From: Gammaproteobacteria bacterium
GTDB lineage: Bacteria > Pseudomonadota > Gammaproteobacteria > UBA4575
Reading direction: 5' to 3'
Length of the DNA stretch: 64,000 nucleotides
Assembly (NCBI GenBank): GCA_965222615.1
Contig: CBDCUI010000007.1
Location: forward strand, 384,001 to 448,000
Of this stretch, positions 48,744-58,697 are shown one piece after another. Numbering within the stretch: position 1 is the stretch's first letter; each line of letters starts with the position of its first letter. The translations under genes were made by a program, and so were the position numbers. Under the pieces are notes generated by a model that worked only from the letters and a program-made list of their open reading frames with translations, was not told the DNA's origin and did not search any database.

Positions 48744-50306
48744 CTAGAAATACCAGAGGGCAAATAAGATTACTGCACCTGTAAGAACCCATACGTAAAT
48801 TAAATTGCGGTTTGATTTTTTAATTTCTTTTCTAATTTCTTCAAGTTCTTGACTATGCCATGCAAGCTTGGCTTCTCCTTGCTCAAATTTTTTCATAGCC
48901 GAATAAATCAAATCGGGCATTTCAGGTAAACGCTCTGCCATACGTGGTAATTGTTTACGTAAACTAGATGCCAATGCACGTAATCCGACTTGTTCACTCA
49001 TCCAGCGGTCTAGAAACGGTTTTGCGGTTACCCAAAGATCTAGATCAGGATCTAACTGTCGGCCCAGACCTTCAATATTCAATAATGTCTTTTGTAACAA
49101 AACTAATTGCGGTTGTACTTCCATATTGAAACGTCGTGCCGTTTGAAATAGACGCAATAATAAATTGCCAAATGAAATTTCACTCAAAGGTCGTTGGAAA
49201 ATAGGTTCACATACGGTACGAATTGCAGACTCAAACTGATCAACACGTGTATCAGAAGGCACCCAGCCAGATTCTAAATGTAATTCAGCAACTCGACGAT
49301 AATCACGATTTAAAAATGCCAATAGATTTTCTGCCAGGTAACGCTGATCCGAAGGTGACAATGTCCCCATGATGCCAAAATCGACTCCCACATATTTTGG
49401 ATCTTCGGGATTATCGTAAGAAACAAAAATATTACCCGGATGCATATCGGCATGGAAAAAATTATGGCTGAAAACTTGAGTAAAAAAGATATGACTACCA
49501 CGATCGGATAATTTTTTAAGATTTACTCCATGTGCACGCAAAGCTTCGATGTCGTTAACCGGTATTCCCTTTATACGTTCCAGTACCATGACATTTCTAC
49601 GGCATAAATTGAAATAAACTTCTGGCACATAAAGATCGTTTGAATTTTCAAAATTCCTACGCAGTTGGTTGGCATTTGCCGCCTCGCGCATTAAATCCAG
49701 CTCATCCATAATGATTTGTTCATATTCTTTTACGACTTCTTTGGGTCGAAGCCGACGCCCATCTTCCCAATAGCGATGCGCAATTGATGCTAATGCATGC
49801 ATTAGCTCTAAATCTTTACGGACGCGTTTCTCAATTTCTGGGCGCAACACTTTTACAACTACCTTAGTGCCGTCATGAAGTGTTGCGGCATGCACTTGGG
49901 CGATCGAAGCCGATGCCATGGGTTCCACACTAAATTCTGCAAAAGCGGTCTGTACTGACTGTTTTAGTGCCTTTTCAATAAGGTCTTTGGCGATCTCACC
50001 TGAAAAAGGCGGAACTTGATCTTGCAATTTTGCCAGTTCATTGGCGATGTCTTCGGATAGCAAATCGCGGCGTGTTGACAGCGCTTGACCAAACTTTACA
50101 AAGATAGGGCCAAGGTCTTCCAGTGCACGTCGGATGCGTGCACCATGGCTAATTTCCAGCTTACGAAACCAATGCCAAGGCAAAAGAAATAGCAAAAAAC
50201 GGATGGGGCGGAAAAAAGGCACTGCTAGCAGCACCTCTTCCAATCCATGACGTACTAAAACGACATTAATATGCAGAATGCGGAATAGTAGGCGAATATA
50301 GCGCAT
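48744..50306 (-). CDS. ubiB: Ubiquinone biosynthesis regulatory kinase-like protein
   Basis: LGPIFVKFGQ, ASASIAQVH and FFHADMHPGN. Confidence 0.96.
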   Translation of the reverse strand: MRYIRLLFRILHINVVLVRHGLEEVLLAVPFFRPIRFLLFLLPWHWFRKLEISHGARIRRALEDLGPIFVKFGQALSTRRDLLSEDIANELAKLQDQVPPFSGEIAKDLIEKALKQSVQTAFAEFSVEPMASASIAQVHAATLHDGTKVVVKVLRPEIEKRVRKDLELMHALASIAHRYWEDGRRLRPKEVVKEYEQIIMDELDLMREAANANQLRRNFENSNDLYVPEVYFNLCRRNVMVLERIKGIPVNDIEALRAHGVNLKKLSDRGSHIFFTQVFSHNFFHADMHPGNIFVSYDNPEDPKYVGVDFGIMGTLSPSDQRYLAENLLAFLNRDYRRVAELHLESGWVPSDTRVDQFESAIRTVCEPIFQRPLSEISFGNLLLRLFQTARRFNMEVQPQLVLLQKTLLNIEGLGRQLDPDLDLWVTAKPFLDRWMSEQVGLRALASSLRKQLPRMAERLPEMPDLIYSAMKKFEQGEAKLAWHSQELEEIRKEIKKSNRNLIYVWVLTGAVILFALWYF

Positions 50307-50311
50307 TGATG

Positions 50312-50920
50312 TTATTGGTTGATCGTTTGTAAGAGTCGCTGAGTACGAGCCTCAAGTCGATCGAGATCGGCTTGTAATTGATCCACGTCTTTTAAAAACT
50401 TATCTATCTCAATTTTTGTAGGCATAAGGCGCGATTCTTCTTGTAAATACTCACCAACATCTAACTTGAAATTTTCTACCGAACGTTGTTTATAGTCTTT
50501 TATGCGTCTTGAAAAATTGCCTAACTGATAGGCAAAGGCATCGCCTACATATTTTGACGCAACTTCTTCCCAGTCGATATCAATATTCATAAATACTTCT
50601 CTCACTTGAGTAGCAAACTCTATATCGCCATCAACCTTTAACAATTCATTATTTAACATAGACTGATAATCTGCACCGAAAGCCAAACGCAATAGTGAAA
50701 TTGCATCAGTAGAAATCGTTGTGTTTATATTATTTTCTTCCTCATCTGAATACGAAGATACGACTAATGTTGATTGAGCAATTTTAATAAGAAATTTTTG
50801 CTTAATATCCGTTAATGAAAGCAATAAATACTGGCCATCAAATGCTTTTAGCGAAGCGGAAATTTCTGGATCAGTATCGAGATACTTTTGAATCGCATTA
50901 TTGATAAATTTGAGCAACAT
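50312..50920 (-). CDS. ubiJ: Ubiquinone biosynthesis accessory factor (SCP2 domain)
   Basis: DIDWEE...GD and EYLQEE; lies between ubiE and ubiB. Confidence 0.88.
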   Translation of the reverse strand: MLLKFINNAIQKYLDTDPEISASLKAFDGQYLLLSLTDIKQKFLIKIAQSTLVVSSYSDEEENNINTTISTDAISLLRLAFGADYQSMLNNELLKVDGDIEFATQVREVFMNIDIDWEEVASKYVGDAFAYQLGNFSRRIKDYKQRSVENFKLDVGEYLQEESRLMPTKIEIDKFLKDVDQLQADLDRLEARTQRLLQTINQ

Positions 50921-50927
50921 ATTACTT

Positions 50928-51677
50928 TCAGGCACAAAGTTTATAACCACGATGAATACAAACGAGTCCGCCAGATAAATTTATAAAATCACATTGTTCA
51001 AACCCTACATCTTCTAACATAGTTTGCAAAGTTTGTTGATCAGGGTGTTTACGAATAGACTCTGCTAAATATTTATAACTTTCTTCATCTTTGGCAATGA
51101 TTTTCCCCATACGCGGTAAAAGATTAAACGAGTAGTTATCATATAAAGCCTGCATCCACTTTTGCGGTTTGGAAAATTCCAGAATTAGTAATTGCCCACC
51201 TGGTTTAATTACACGAAAGATTGAACATAATGCTTGATCTTTGTCAGTAAAGTTACGTAATCCAAACGCAAGGGTTACCCGATCAAAATGATTTTCAGGG
51301 TAAGGCAAGTTCTCTGCATAACTTTGTACATAGAAAATATTTTTTAGCAAGCCTCGATCAATAAGACGATGCCGACCTTCTTCTAACATCGCGGCATTTG
51401 CATCACACATGATGACCATACCTCTATCATTCAACTTAGGTGCGAATGCTGCAGTAATGTCGCCAGTGCCCGCGGCTAAATCTAGAACTTGGTGGTCCGG
51501 CCGAATATTTGCAATATGGGTAAAATAACGCTTCCACATACGATGCATACCGAGTGACATGACATCATTCATGACATCGTATTTACCCGCCACCGAATCA
51601 AAAACCGCGCCTACCTTTTGCGTCTTTTCTTCAGGGCTTACGTCTTGATAGCCAAAGTGTGTGGTTTTATCAGGCAT
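50928..51677 (-). CDS. ubiE: Ubiquinone/menaquinone C-methyltransferase
   Basis: THFGY, YDVMNDVMSLG.HRMWK, LDLAAGTGD and YLAESIR. Confidence 0.97.
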   Translation of the reverse strand: MPDKTTHFGYQDVSPEEKTQKVGAVFDSVAGKYDVMNDVMSLGMHRMWKRYFTHIANIRPDHQVLDLAAGTGDITAAFAPKLNDRGMVIMCDANAAMLEEGRHRLIDRGLLKNIFYVQSYAENLPYPENHFDRVTLAFGLRNFTDKDQALCSIFRVIKPGGQLLILEFSKPQKWMQALYDNYSFNLLPRMGKIIAKDEESYKYLAESIRKHPDQQTLQTMLEDVGFEQCDFINLSGGLVCIHRGYKLCA

Positions 51678-51884
51678 CTTAATCTAATGTCTTATTCTTC
51701 TAGTACTTACAGTTTAAACAAAATTAGCCTGTAATAGTGAATAAGATTTAATACTGCTAGGATTAGATTGTATTACGTCCTGTGAGGTTAAATTATATGA
51801 GGGATTTAACCCTTTATGATGCTTTCAACTAAAAGCGCACAATCAATATTAGGCTAAATAATTCATTCAAATAGAGTTTCTGAA

Positions 51885-52433
51885 ATGGGCAAAGTTTACG
51901 ACCAAATAGATTCTGACATGGCTAGTTGGATAAGGCAGCAGAAAGTATTTTTTGTTGCCACTGCCCCGTTGTCAGCGGACGGCCACATTAATTGTTCTCC
52001 TAAGGGTGGTGACACTTTCTACATAATTGATCCGCATACAATCGCTTACTTAGATTTTACAGGAAGTGGAATAGAAACAGTTGCTCACATCAAAGAAAAT
52101 AAACGAATACTTGTTATGTTTTGCGCTTTCGAAGGAGCACCAAAAATCTTACGTCTGCATGGCGAGGGAGAAGTTATTTTACCTGGTGATGTAGAGTATA
52201 AGAAATTAATTGAAAACTTCTCGCCATATAATGGCTCAAGATCAATCATTAAAGTTAATGTCAAACGCATTAGTGATGCATGTGGATTTGGCGTGCCGAT
52301 TATGCAATTCAAATCTCACAGAGATGACCTAAAACGTTGGGCCGAAACTAGAAGTACAGATGAACTTGCACAATTTCGTACTGATAAAAACATGATAAGT
52401 ATCGATGGACTACCAGGTCTTAACGAGAATTAA
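51885..52433 (+). CDS. Pyridoxamine 5'-phosphate oxidase family FMN-binding protein
   Basis: FFVATAP..GHINCSPKG, YLDFTGSG.ET.AH and MFCAFEG.P.ILRL. Confidence 0.85.
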   Translation: MGKVYDQIDSDMASWIRQQKVFFVATAPLSADGHINCSPKGGDTFYIIDPHTIAYLDFTGSGIETVAHIKENKRILVMFCAFEGAPKILRLHGEGEVILPGDVEYKKLIENFSPYNGSRSIIKVNVKRISDACGFGVPIMQFKSHRDDLKRWAETRSTDELAQFRTDKNMISIDGLPGLNEN

Positions 52434-52499
52434 TGTATCGAATAACCCATATTAGGAAAAAGTCAGAATAATCATAAAAGTGCATTCTATATAAAAAAT

Positions 52500-53024
52500 A
52501 TGAACAATTTATACAGCTCACCTGAAAGTGATGTGGCGTTAAATAAAGATGATGGCAAGTCATCTATGCTAGGTAATACCTTGGGTGAAACAATTAGTAA
52601 AGCACTTTTAATCTTAGAATTATTTTTTATAGTGCTACCTTTAAGCCTATTACTGATTATAGGTAGTAAAATAATTATTTTTGATATGTTTACATTTTAT
52701 TCTGAAGAAATTTATTATGAATTGCTCACAGCCTTTGTAATTTACTGTGCATTGGTTGCTGTACCTATTGGTTGGTATTTTGCTATTAAATTTTTAATTA
52801 AAGGCAGAAAGTCTTTAAAAAAGGATTCTATTATATTGTTCAGCATTCCAGTTATCGGCATGTTAACCCCCTTGCTACCTATATTTCATTCTTTAATTAA
52901 ACAATATTTTAATGCTCAACACGAAAACTATATGGATACGGTAGCTGATATAGCTCCCTTTGGTATATTCTTTGTTATACCATTTATTCACTTAGTTTTA
53001 GAATTTATATTTTCAAGACGTTAA
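52500..53024 (+). CDS. Hypothetical membrane protein
   Basis: MNNLYSSPES N-terminus, about 4 TM segments. Confidence 0.7.
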   Translation: MNNLYSSPESDVALNKDDGKSSMLGNTLGETISKALLILELFFIVLPLSLLLIIGSKIIIFDMFTFYSEEIYYELLTAFVIYCALVAVPIGWYFAIKFLIKGRKSLKKDSIILFSIPVIGMLTPLLPIFHSLIKQYFNAQHENYMDTVADIAPFGIFFVIPFIHLVLEFIFSRR

Positions 53025-53321
53025 TAGTAGCTAACCCAGGTGATATTGAGAAAAATGTCAGCTTTGCGACTCAAGCTAACATACAATTAAAACTATGTGC
53101 TATTTTCTGTCCTTAATTGCTACTCTCAATCTATAGCAGTAATTCAGTAGATACCATTGATTCAGTAAATTAGTCCTTATAGAGGCTATCTGCCTGAAAT
53201 GGCTTTATTCATCAGTATGATTTTTATCGGTTGGCTTAGATATTCATCAATTTATACCATAAGTAACTCGAATCTCTAGCTCATATGGAAATAGTTAAAA
53301 ACGATCAAGGAAGGTATCAAA

Positions 53322-53804
53322 ATGGGAAATATATTTAAAATTATCACATTCGTGTTGATTTTGTTGTCTCTTGCAGCTTGTAGTTTTGTTAAAGGAAAGG
53401 CGGAAGCCGAAAAACTCGCAGAAACTACATTTCAAGAAAGAATAAATCGTGGGGGCTTTGCTCATGATCGCTACTACTCAAAACTGTTTTGGGAAAATAC
53501 AGATGAGGCTGACTGGTCAAATATTAAAAAATTAGTAGCGAATGCTATGGGGGATCTTAAAAGCTATACACTCTCAACTTGGAATATTGAATCAAATATT
53601 AATACTAGTGATATTTCAGGAACGATCGTAATTTTACAATACGAAACAGAATATGAAAAAGGCAAAGGAATAGAGATCCTTACGCTTCACAAACCCCTCT
53701 CAGGCAAAAAGTTTACAATACTCGGACATAATTTTAATTCTGATAATATTCAAAAATATATTCAGAAAGGTATTGAGCAAGCTGCCTTAATTGAAAATTC
53801 TTAA
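53322..53804 (+). CDS. Hypothetical lipoprotein
   Basis: AAGGAAGG RBS; lipobox LAAC. Confidence 0.75.
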   Translation: MGNIFKIITFVLILLSLAACSFVKGKAEAEKLAETTFQERINRGGFAHDRYYSKLFWENTDEADWSNIKKLVANAMGDLKSYTLSTWNIESNINTSDISGTIVILQYETEYEKGKGIEILTLHKPLSGKKFTILGHNFNSDNIQKYIQKGIEQAALIENS

Positions 53805-53897
53805 AGTACACAAGAAATAGAAGCTGATATTGAAACATTGCTTTTAATCAGAAACAGCTAATCGGTGAAAATTACTTACTCAATTTTTGAGGAGCCC

Positions 53898-54293
53898 ATG
53901 AAAACTTTAATCCCTACCCTACTCGTTATTTTCCTTACATCAGCTTTAGCTTTTGATGATGACCAAATCTTATTTGATAAAATTACAGGGATATGGCTTT
54001 TTGAAGCCTCTAATGGTGATATGTATATTAAAGCTACTGAAAATTATAAAAGTGATGGGACAATTGATACACATGGGAAAATTTACATAAAAGGTGAGCT
54101 GGTTGAAGAATATAAAGTAAAATCAAAATGGAATGTCATGGATGGTTACTCACATGTAGAAGTACTTGAATCAAATAATGATTATTTAAAACCAGGCCTT
54201 AAAATTACAGATAAAATTATCTCAGTGAATGACAAAGAATTTACATTTGAATCTGATGATGGAAAACAAACAACTATAATTCGAATTAAATGA
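53898..54293 (+). CDS. Hypothetical exported beta-rich (lipocalin-like) protein
   Basis: GAGGAG RBS before ATG 53898, signal peptide, ITGIW...Y.SDG strand pattern. Confidence 0.7.
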   Translation: MKTLIPTLLVIFLTSALAFDDDQILFDKITGIWLFEASNGDMYIKATENYKSDGTIDTHGKIYIKGELVEEYKVKSKWNVMDGYSHVEVLESNNDYLKPGLKITDKIISVNDKEFTFESDDGKQTTIIRIK

Positions 54294-54345
54294 TTTATCC
54301 GCTAACGAACCAAAGCAAGCATTCAATTCTAATTTCTAAATCAAA

Positions 54346-54753
54346 ATGGAAAACCCATATTCCTCACCTAAAAGTGAATTAGCTGGAAAGAGCATAAGTA
54401 AAAAAAAGAAGAAACCTATAGCTATATGGTTAACGTCAATTGTAGCAATTATCACCTCTCTGGCTATAGTATGGCGGGCTTACGAAACACAATGGTTGGC
54501 AGCTATCACATTTGCTTTACCATATTTGGTAGCTGGAATTGCCTTGATTATGAATAAAAGCTGGTCTCAATATATTTTTTATACTATGGCAGTAATAGGG
54601 ATAGGCGTATGGTTGTATGCTATCTACGGGTATCAAATATTAGAAAATCTAAATCAACTCAATGTCATGATAAGTTTAATTCCTGGGGTGTTATTTGTTA
54701 TTGTAAATATTGGAATAGTGTCTGTTGTTTATAGACATTTTCATGAGTCTTAA
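54346..54753 (+). CDS. Hypothetical membrane protein
   Basis: MENPYSSPKSEL N-terminus, 4 TM segments. Confidence 0.7.
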   Translation: MENPYSSPKSELAGKSISKKKKKPIAIWLTSIVAIITSLAIVWRAYETQWLAAITFALPYLVAGIALIMNKSWSQYIFYTMAVIGIGVWLYAIYGYQILENLNQLNVMISLIPGVLFVIVNIGIVSVVYRHFHES

Positions 54754-54804
54754 ATGACCACTTATGACTGCCGATCACAGCCGAAAGCGGCCACTTTAAA
54801 TACA

Positions 54805-55170
54805 CTAATCTATACCTTTTCTTTCGTACCCTGCTTCTTTCAATCTTTCTAAATATTTAAGCCAGTTGGTTTCTTTATTTATTCCCAAATTATATAGATG
54901 ATCCCAGGAATAAATGCCTGAATCGTGATTATCATCAAATACGAGTTGTACGGCATAGTTGCCAACTGGATTAATGGCCGTGATGTTTACATCTTCCTTG
55001 CCTACTTGAAGTACTTCTTGTCCGGGACCATGACCTTGTACTTCTGCAGAGGGTGAATGCGTGCGCAAATATTCGCAAGTGAGTTCAAAATGTTGCCCAT
55101 CATCAAATTCTATTTCCAAAATTTTGGATTTTTGATGTAGCTCAATCTTTGTCGGAGTTGCAATTGCCAT
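54805..55170 (-). CDS. DUF971 / gamma-butyrobetaine-hydroxylase-like N-terminal domain protein
   Basis: EYLRTHSPSAEVQGHG, VGNYAV..FDDNHDSGIYSW; follows hslU. Confidence 0.9.
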   Translation of the reverse strand: MAIATPTKIELHQKSKILEIEFDDGQHFELTCEYLRTHSPSAEVQGHGPGQEVLQVGKEDVNITAINPVGNYAVQLVFDDNHDSGIYSWDHLYNLGINKETNWLKYLERLKEAGYERKGID

Positions 55171-55210
55171 TTTTATAATCCTGAAATTTTAGCCTCTCTC
55201 CTAACGAAAT

Positions 55211-55340
55211 GGGGCTTTGATATGTTTTTAGATAAGGCAACAAAATTTATGAAAAGCGGAGCTTACATTTAGTTTGCGTTTTCAGCGCCCCGCATTTTAA
55301 GAAATTTTATTAACGAAATACAAAGACATATCAAAGCTCC
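55211..55340 (+). repeat. Diverged palindromic repeat element (related subfamily)
   Basis: GGGGCTTTGATATGT / ACATATCAAAGCTCC termini; internal AAGGCAA..AAGCGGAGCTTACA..GCATTTT..TTAACGAA. Confidence 0.75.
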
Positions 55341-55344
55341 CTGC

Positions 55345-56673
55345 TTACAGAATGTAGCGGCTTAGGTCTTCGTCTTTAATGAGTTCACCAATATTTTCAT
55401 CTACATAACCTGCATCCACGGTAACTGATTTACCGCTTTCATCGGGCGCAGAAAAGGAAATATTCTCTAATAATCGTTCCATTACGGTATGTAATCTGCG
55501 TGCACCAATATTCTCAGTAGACTCATTAACATCATGCGCAATTTGTGCAACTTTGCGTACACCATCTTCAGCAAAGCTTAACGTTACACCTTCGGTCGCC
55601 AGTAAAGCGGTATATTGTTCTGTTAACGATGCATCTGGTTCAGTCAAGATGCGTACAAAATCATCTGCCGACAAAGCCTTAAGTTCAACGCGAATCGGTA
55701 ACCGCCCTTGCAGCTCGGGTATTAGATCAGAGGGTTTGGAAACATGAAATGCACCCGAAGCAATAAAAAGAATGTGGTCAGTCTTCACCATGCCATATTT
55801 AGTATTAATGGTGCAGCCTTCTACCAAAGGCAACAAATCTCGTTGCACACCTTCGCGCGATACATCCGCACCACTGGTTTCTCCACGCTTGGCGACTTTA
55901 TCGATTTCATCTAGAAATACGATGCCATTTTGTTCAACATTTTCAAGTGCACTTGCTTTTAGTTCTTCTTCATTAACTAATTTATGCGCCTCTTCATCGG
56001 TAATGATTTTCATCGCATCTTCAATGCGCATTTTTCTGGTCTTCTTTTTGCCAGTGCTTAAGTTTTGAAACATACCTTGTAATTGACTGGCCATTTCTTC
56101 CATACCGGGTGGAGTCATGATCTCTACACCAAGTGGTGCGGCAGCGACATCAATTTCAATTTCAGTGTCGTTTAGATCACCTTCACGTAACTTTTTTCGA
56201 AACTTTTGACGCGTCTCACTAGCAAATTCGCTTTTATCATCCGCCAATGGATCCATTCTTGGCGGTACCAGCACATCTAAAATGCGTTCTTCTGCAGCTT
56301 CTTCGGCACGAAAACGCACTTTTTCCATTTCGATTTCACGCGTCATTTTGACTGAGGTATCGACCAAGTCTCGAATAATGGAGTCCACTTCTTTGCCGAC
56401 ATATCCGACTTCGGTAAATTTCGTGGCTTCAACTTTAATAAAAGGGGCATTGGCAAGCCGGGCAAGACGTCTGGCAATTTCTGTTTTACCTACACCTGTT
56501 GGCCCCATCATTAAAATATTTTTTGGAGTCACTTCGACACGCAGCTCTTCTGTCAATTGTTGCCTGCGCCACCGATTACGCAAAGCAATGGCAACTGCAC
56601 GTTTGGCCTCATCTTGACCAATTATATGCTTATCGAGCTCTTGAACGATCTCTCGCGGTGTCATGTTTGACAT
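55345..56673 (-). CDS. hslU: ATP-dependent protease ATPase subunit
   Basis: [30 protein letters not shown] and ENIGARRL. Confidence 0.98.
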   Translation of the reverse strand: MSNMTPREIVQELDKHIIGQDEAKRAVAIALRNRWRRQQLTEELRVEVTPKNILMMGPTGVGKTEIARRLARLANAPFIKVEATKFTEVGYVGKEVDSIIRDLVDTSVKMTREIEMEKVRFRAEEAAEERILDVLVPPRMDPLADDKSEFASETRQKFRKKLREGDLNDTEIEIDVAAAPLGVEIMTPPGMEEMASQLQGMFQNLSTGKKKTRKMRIEDAMKIITDEEAHKLVNEEELKASALENVEQNGIVFLDEIDKVAKRGETSGADVSREGVQRDLLPLVEGCTINTKYGMVKTDHILFIASGAFHVSKPSDLIPELQGRLPIRVELKALSADDFVRILTEPDASLTEQYTALLATEGVTLSFAEDGVRKVAQIAHDVNESTENIGARRLHTVMERLLENISFSAPDESGKSVTVDAGYVDENIGELIKDEDLSRYIL

Positions 56674-56719
56674 GGAAAACTTACTACCTTACAAATGTTT
56701 TTGTTCTACAACTCTTCTT

Positions 56720-57253
56720 CTATAATTCTTCTAGGGCAATATTTGTATTGGTGTAAATACAAATGCTGGCTGCAATATTTAAAGCCTTTTTGACAATTAC
56801 ATTAGCATCCAATTCGGTATTATCTAACATCGCTCTAGCGGCGGCTTGGGCATACGGTCCACCAGAACCGATCGCGACTAATGAGTCTTCTGGTTCAATT
56901 ACATCTCCATTGCCAGAAATGATAAGCGAGGTTTTAGCATCTGCTACTGCCAGTAACGCTTCGAGTCTACGCAACATGCGATCAGTGCGCCAATCTTTAG
57001 CAAGTTCCACTGCAGCACGTGCTAGTTGACCATTATGTTGTTCAAGCTTGCCTTCAAAGCGCTCAAACAAGGTAAAGGCATCTGCGGTGCCTCCTGCAAA
57101 ACCAGCGATTACTTGGTCTTCATAGAGACGTCGAATTTTTCGTGCATTGCCCTTCATGATGGTATTGCCAAGTGAAACTTGACCATCTCCACCGAGTGCA
57201 ACTTTTCCATTTCTGCGTACAGAAACGATCGTAGTACCTTTGAATTGTTCCAT
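56720..57253 (-). CDS. hslV: ATP-dependent protease peptidase subunit
   Basis: [17 protein letters not shown] and IGSGG. Confidence 0.98.
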   Translation of the reverse strand: MEQFKGTTIVSVRRNGKVALGGDGQVSLGNTIMKGNARKIRRLYEDQVIAGFAGGTADAFTLFERFEGKLEQHNGQLARAAVELAKDWRTDRMLRRLEALLAVADAKTSLIISGNGDVIEPEDSLVAIGSGGPYAQAAARAMLDNTELDANVIVKKALNIAASICIYTNTNIALEEL

Positions 57254-57295
57254 GGATGGTTTGGTGTGTTAATTCGAGTTTTTCTTGCACATTAT

Positions 57296-57324
57296 ATATG
57301 AAGACACCGTCGATCTTTTTCAAG
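57296..57324 (-). promoter_or_regulatory. sigma32 heat-shock promoter of hslVU
   Basis: Minus strand CTTGAA-N15-CTTCATAT. Confidence 0.7.
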
Positions 57325-57374
57325 ATCAGACTAAAAAATAATTAAAGGCTAATTAACTAGATTAATTATGTGGC

Positions 57375-58328
57375 TTATTCGTCGTTTGACTTGGGATCGT
57401 CTGCTTGGTGCGCCTTTTTAGCGCGAGGGTGAGTACTATCATAAACCTGAGCAAGATGTTGAAAATCTAAGTGAGTATAGATTTGTGTAGTGCTAATGTC
57501 GGCGTGGCCAAGCATTTCCTGTACTGCTCGAAGATCACCACTGGACTCTAATAAATGACTAGCAAAGGAATGACGTAACATGTGTGGGTGTACATGTTTC
57601 TCTAAGCCTTGTTCTCTACCAAGCTGTGCCATACGTTGTTGTACGGCACGTGGTGATAAGCGTTTACCGCGGTTATTGACGAATACGGCAATTTCATCTT
57701 CCGCCGCAATATTCGGGCGCGCATCCAGCCAACGTCTTAATGCCTTACAAGCTTCTGTACCAATGGGCAAATAACGTGATTTATTGCCTTTACCGTGTAC
57801 ATGTACTTGGCCATGCGCTAAATCAACCATGTCAAGATTTAGATCAACTAATTCCGCCAATCGCAAACCTGATGAATACATTAACTCCATCATGGCGTAA
57901 TCACGTAATTTAAGCGGATTTTGCGGGCCTTCAGTTAACAAGCGATTAATTTCATCTACATCCAGTAGATCGGGTAATTTTTTCTCGATACTTGGCGCAC
58001 TTACATCCGCAACGGGATTGTTCTCCACCAAGTCTTCACGTTGCAAAAAATTATAAAATCTCCTGATCGCACTCAAACAACGATGTAGGCTACGTGCCGA
58101 TACGCCACGACGGCGCCGGGAACCGGCAAAGTTCCTTACATGCAAGCTATCTACCTCACAACAATCAGTAACATTGATGGCTTGTAGAAATTCTGCAAAT
58201 TGCAATATATCGTGCTGATAAGCTTCTATAGTTGCAATGGAGTATCTACGCTCATCACGCAGATAACGCAAATAACGATCGAGGAGTTCTTGAGTGGTTG
58301 CTGGACTCGTAACTATTGCCATAAACAC
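57375..58328 (-). CDS. xerC: Tyrosine recombinase XerC
   Basis: ELMYSSGLR, GKGNK.R, HPHMLRHSFASH and LGHADISTTQIYTH; dapF-DUF484-xerC context. Confidence 0.95.
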   Translation of the reverse strand: MFMAIVTSPATTQELLDRYLRYLRDERRYSIATIEAYQHDILQFAEFLQAINVTDCCEVDSLHVRNFAGSRRRRGVSARSLHRCLSAIRRFYNFLQREDLVENNPVADVSAPSIEKKLPDLLDVDEINRLLTEGPQNPLKLRDYAMMELMYSSGLRLAELVDLNLDMVDLAHGQVHVHGKGNKSRYLPIGTEACKALRRWLDARPNIAAEDEIAVFVNNRGKRLSPRAVQQRMAQLGREQGLEKHVHPHMLRHSFASHLLESSGDLRAVQEMLGHADISTTQIYTHLDFQHLAQVYDSTHPRAKKAHQADDPKSNDE

Positions 58329-58476
58329 ACTTACAGAGGTTTGAGTAATAACTACGTTATCACTAATTCTTTGCAGATGGAAATTTAAGCCTTAAGGATT
58401 ACGATAAAGCTCTGTTCTCGCGGGTTAAACGGGGTAATTGTTTTTAAATTTAAACTAGTAAAGAATTTTATTGTTT

Positions 58477-58693
58477 AAAGAAGCCCTGGTTTATTCTGCC
58501 CTACAAATGTTTCATGGCGTTAAAAAAATTTCTCAAAATACTCATATATTCCCATATACACTCTGTTTTGACTCGCATCTTCCTGGTGCTCGGCCTACGG
58601 CTAGCAAAGCTTTCCAAATCTGCTTCTGGCAGATTTGTCTCGAAATCTTTTTGCCTCATCTCAGTCATTTCATTAATAAATCAAGGCTTCTTT
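58477..58693 (-). repeat. Palindromic repeat element (reverse) carrying a nested 70-bp insert
   Basis: AAAGAAGCCCTGGTTTATT / AATAAATCAAGGCTTCTTT termini; aligns to other copies apart from 58570-58639. Confidence 0.85.
58570..58639. mobile_element. Nested multi-hairpin insertion (second miniature element)
   Basis: GAC...GTC ends, hairpin CAAATCTGC-ttctg-GCAGATTTG; absent from the sister copies. Confidence 0.6.
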
Positions 58694-58697
58694 TGGG

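Noticed and set aside
57375-58328. Integron or phage integrase serving the 51.9-54.8 kb array
   Set aside because: Sequence and dapF-DUF484 context identify housekeeping XerC; no IntI-specific insertion evident
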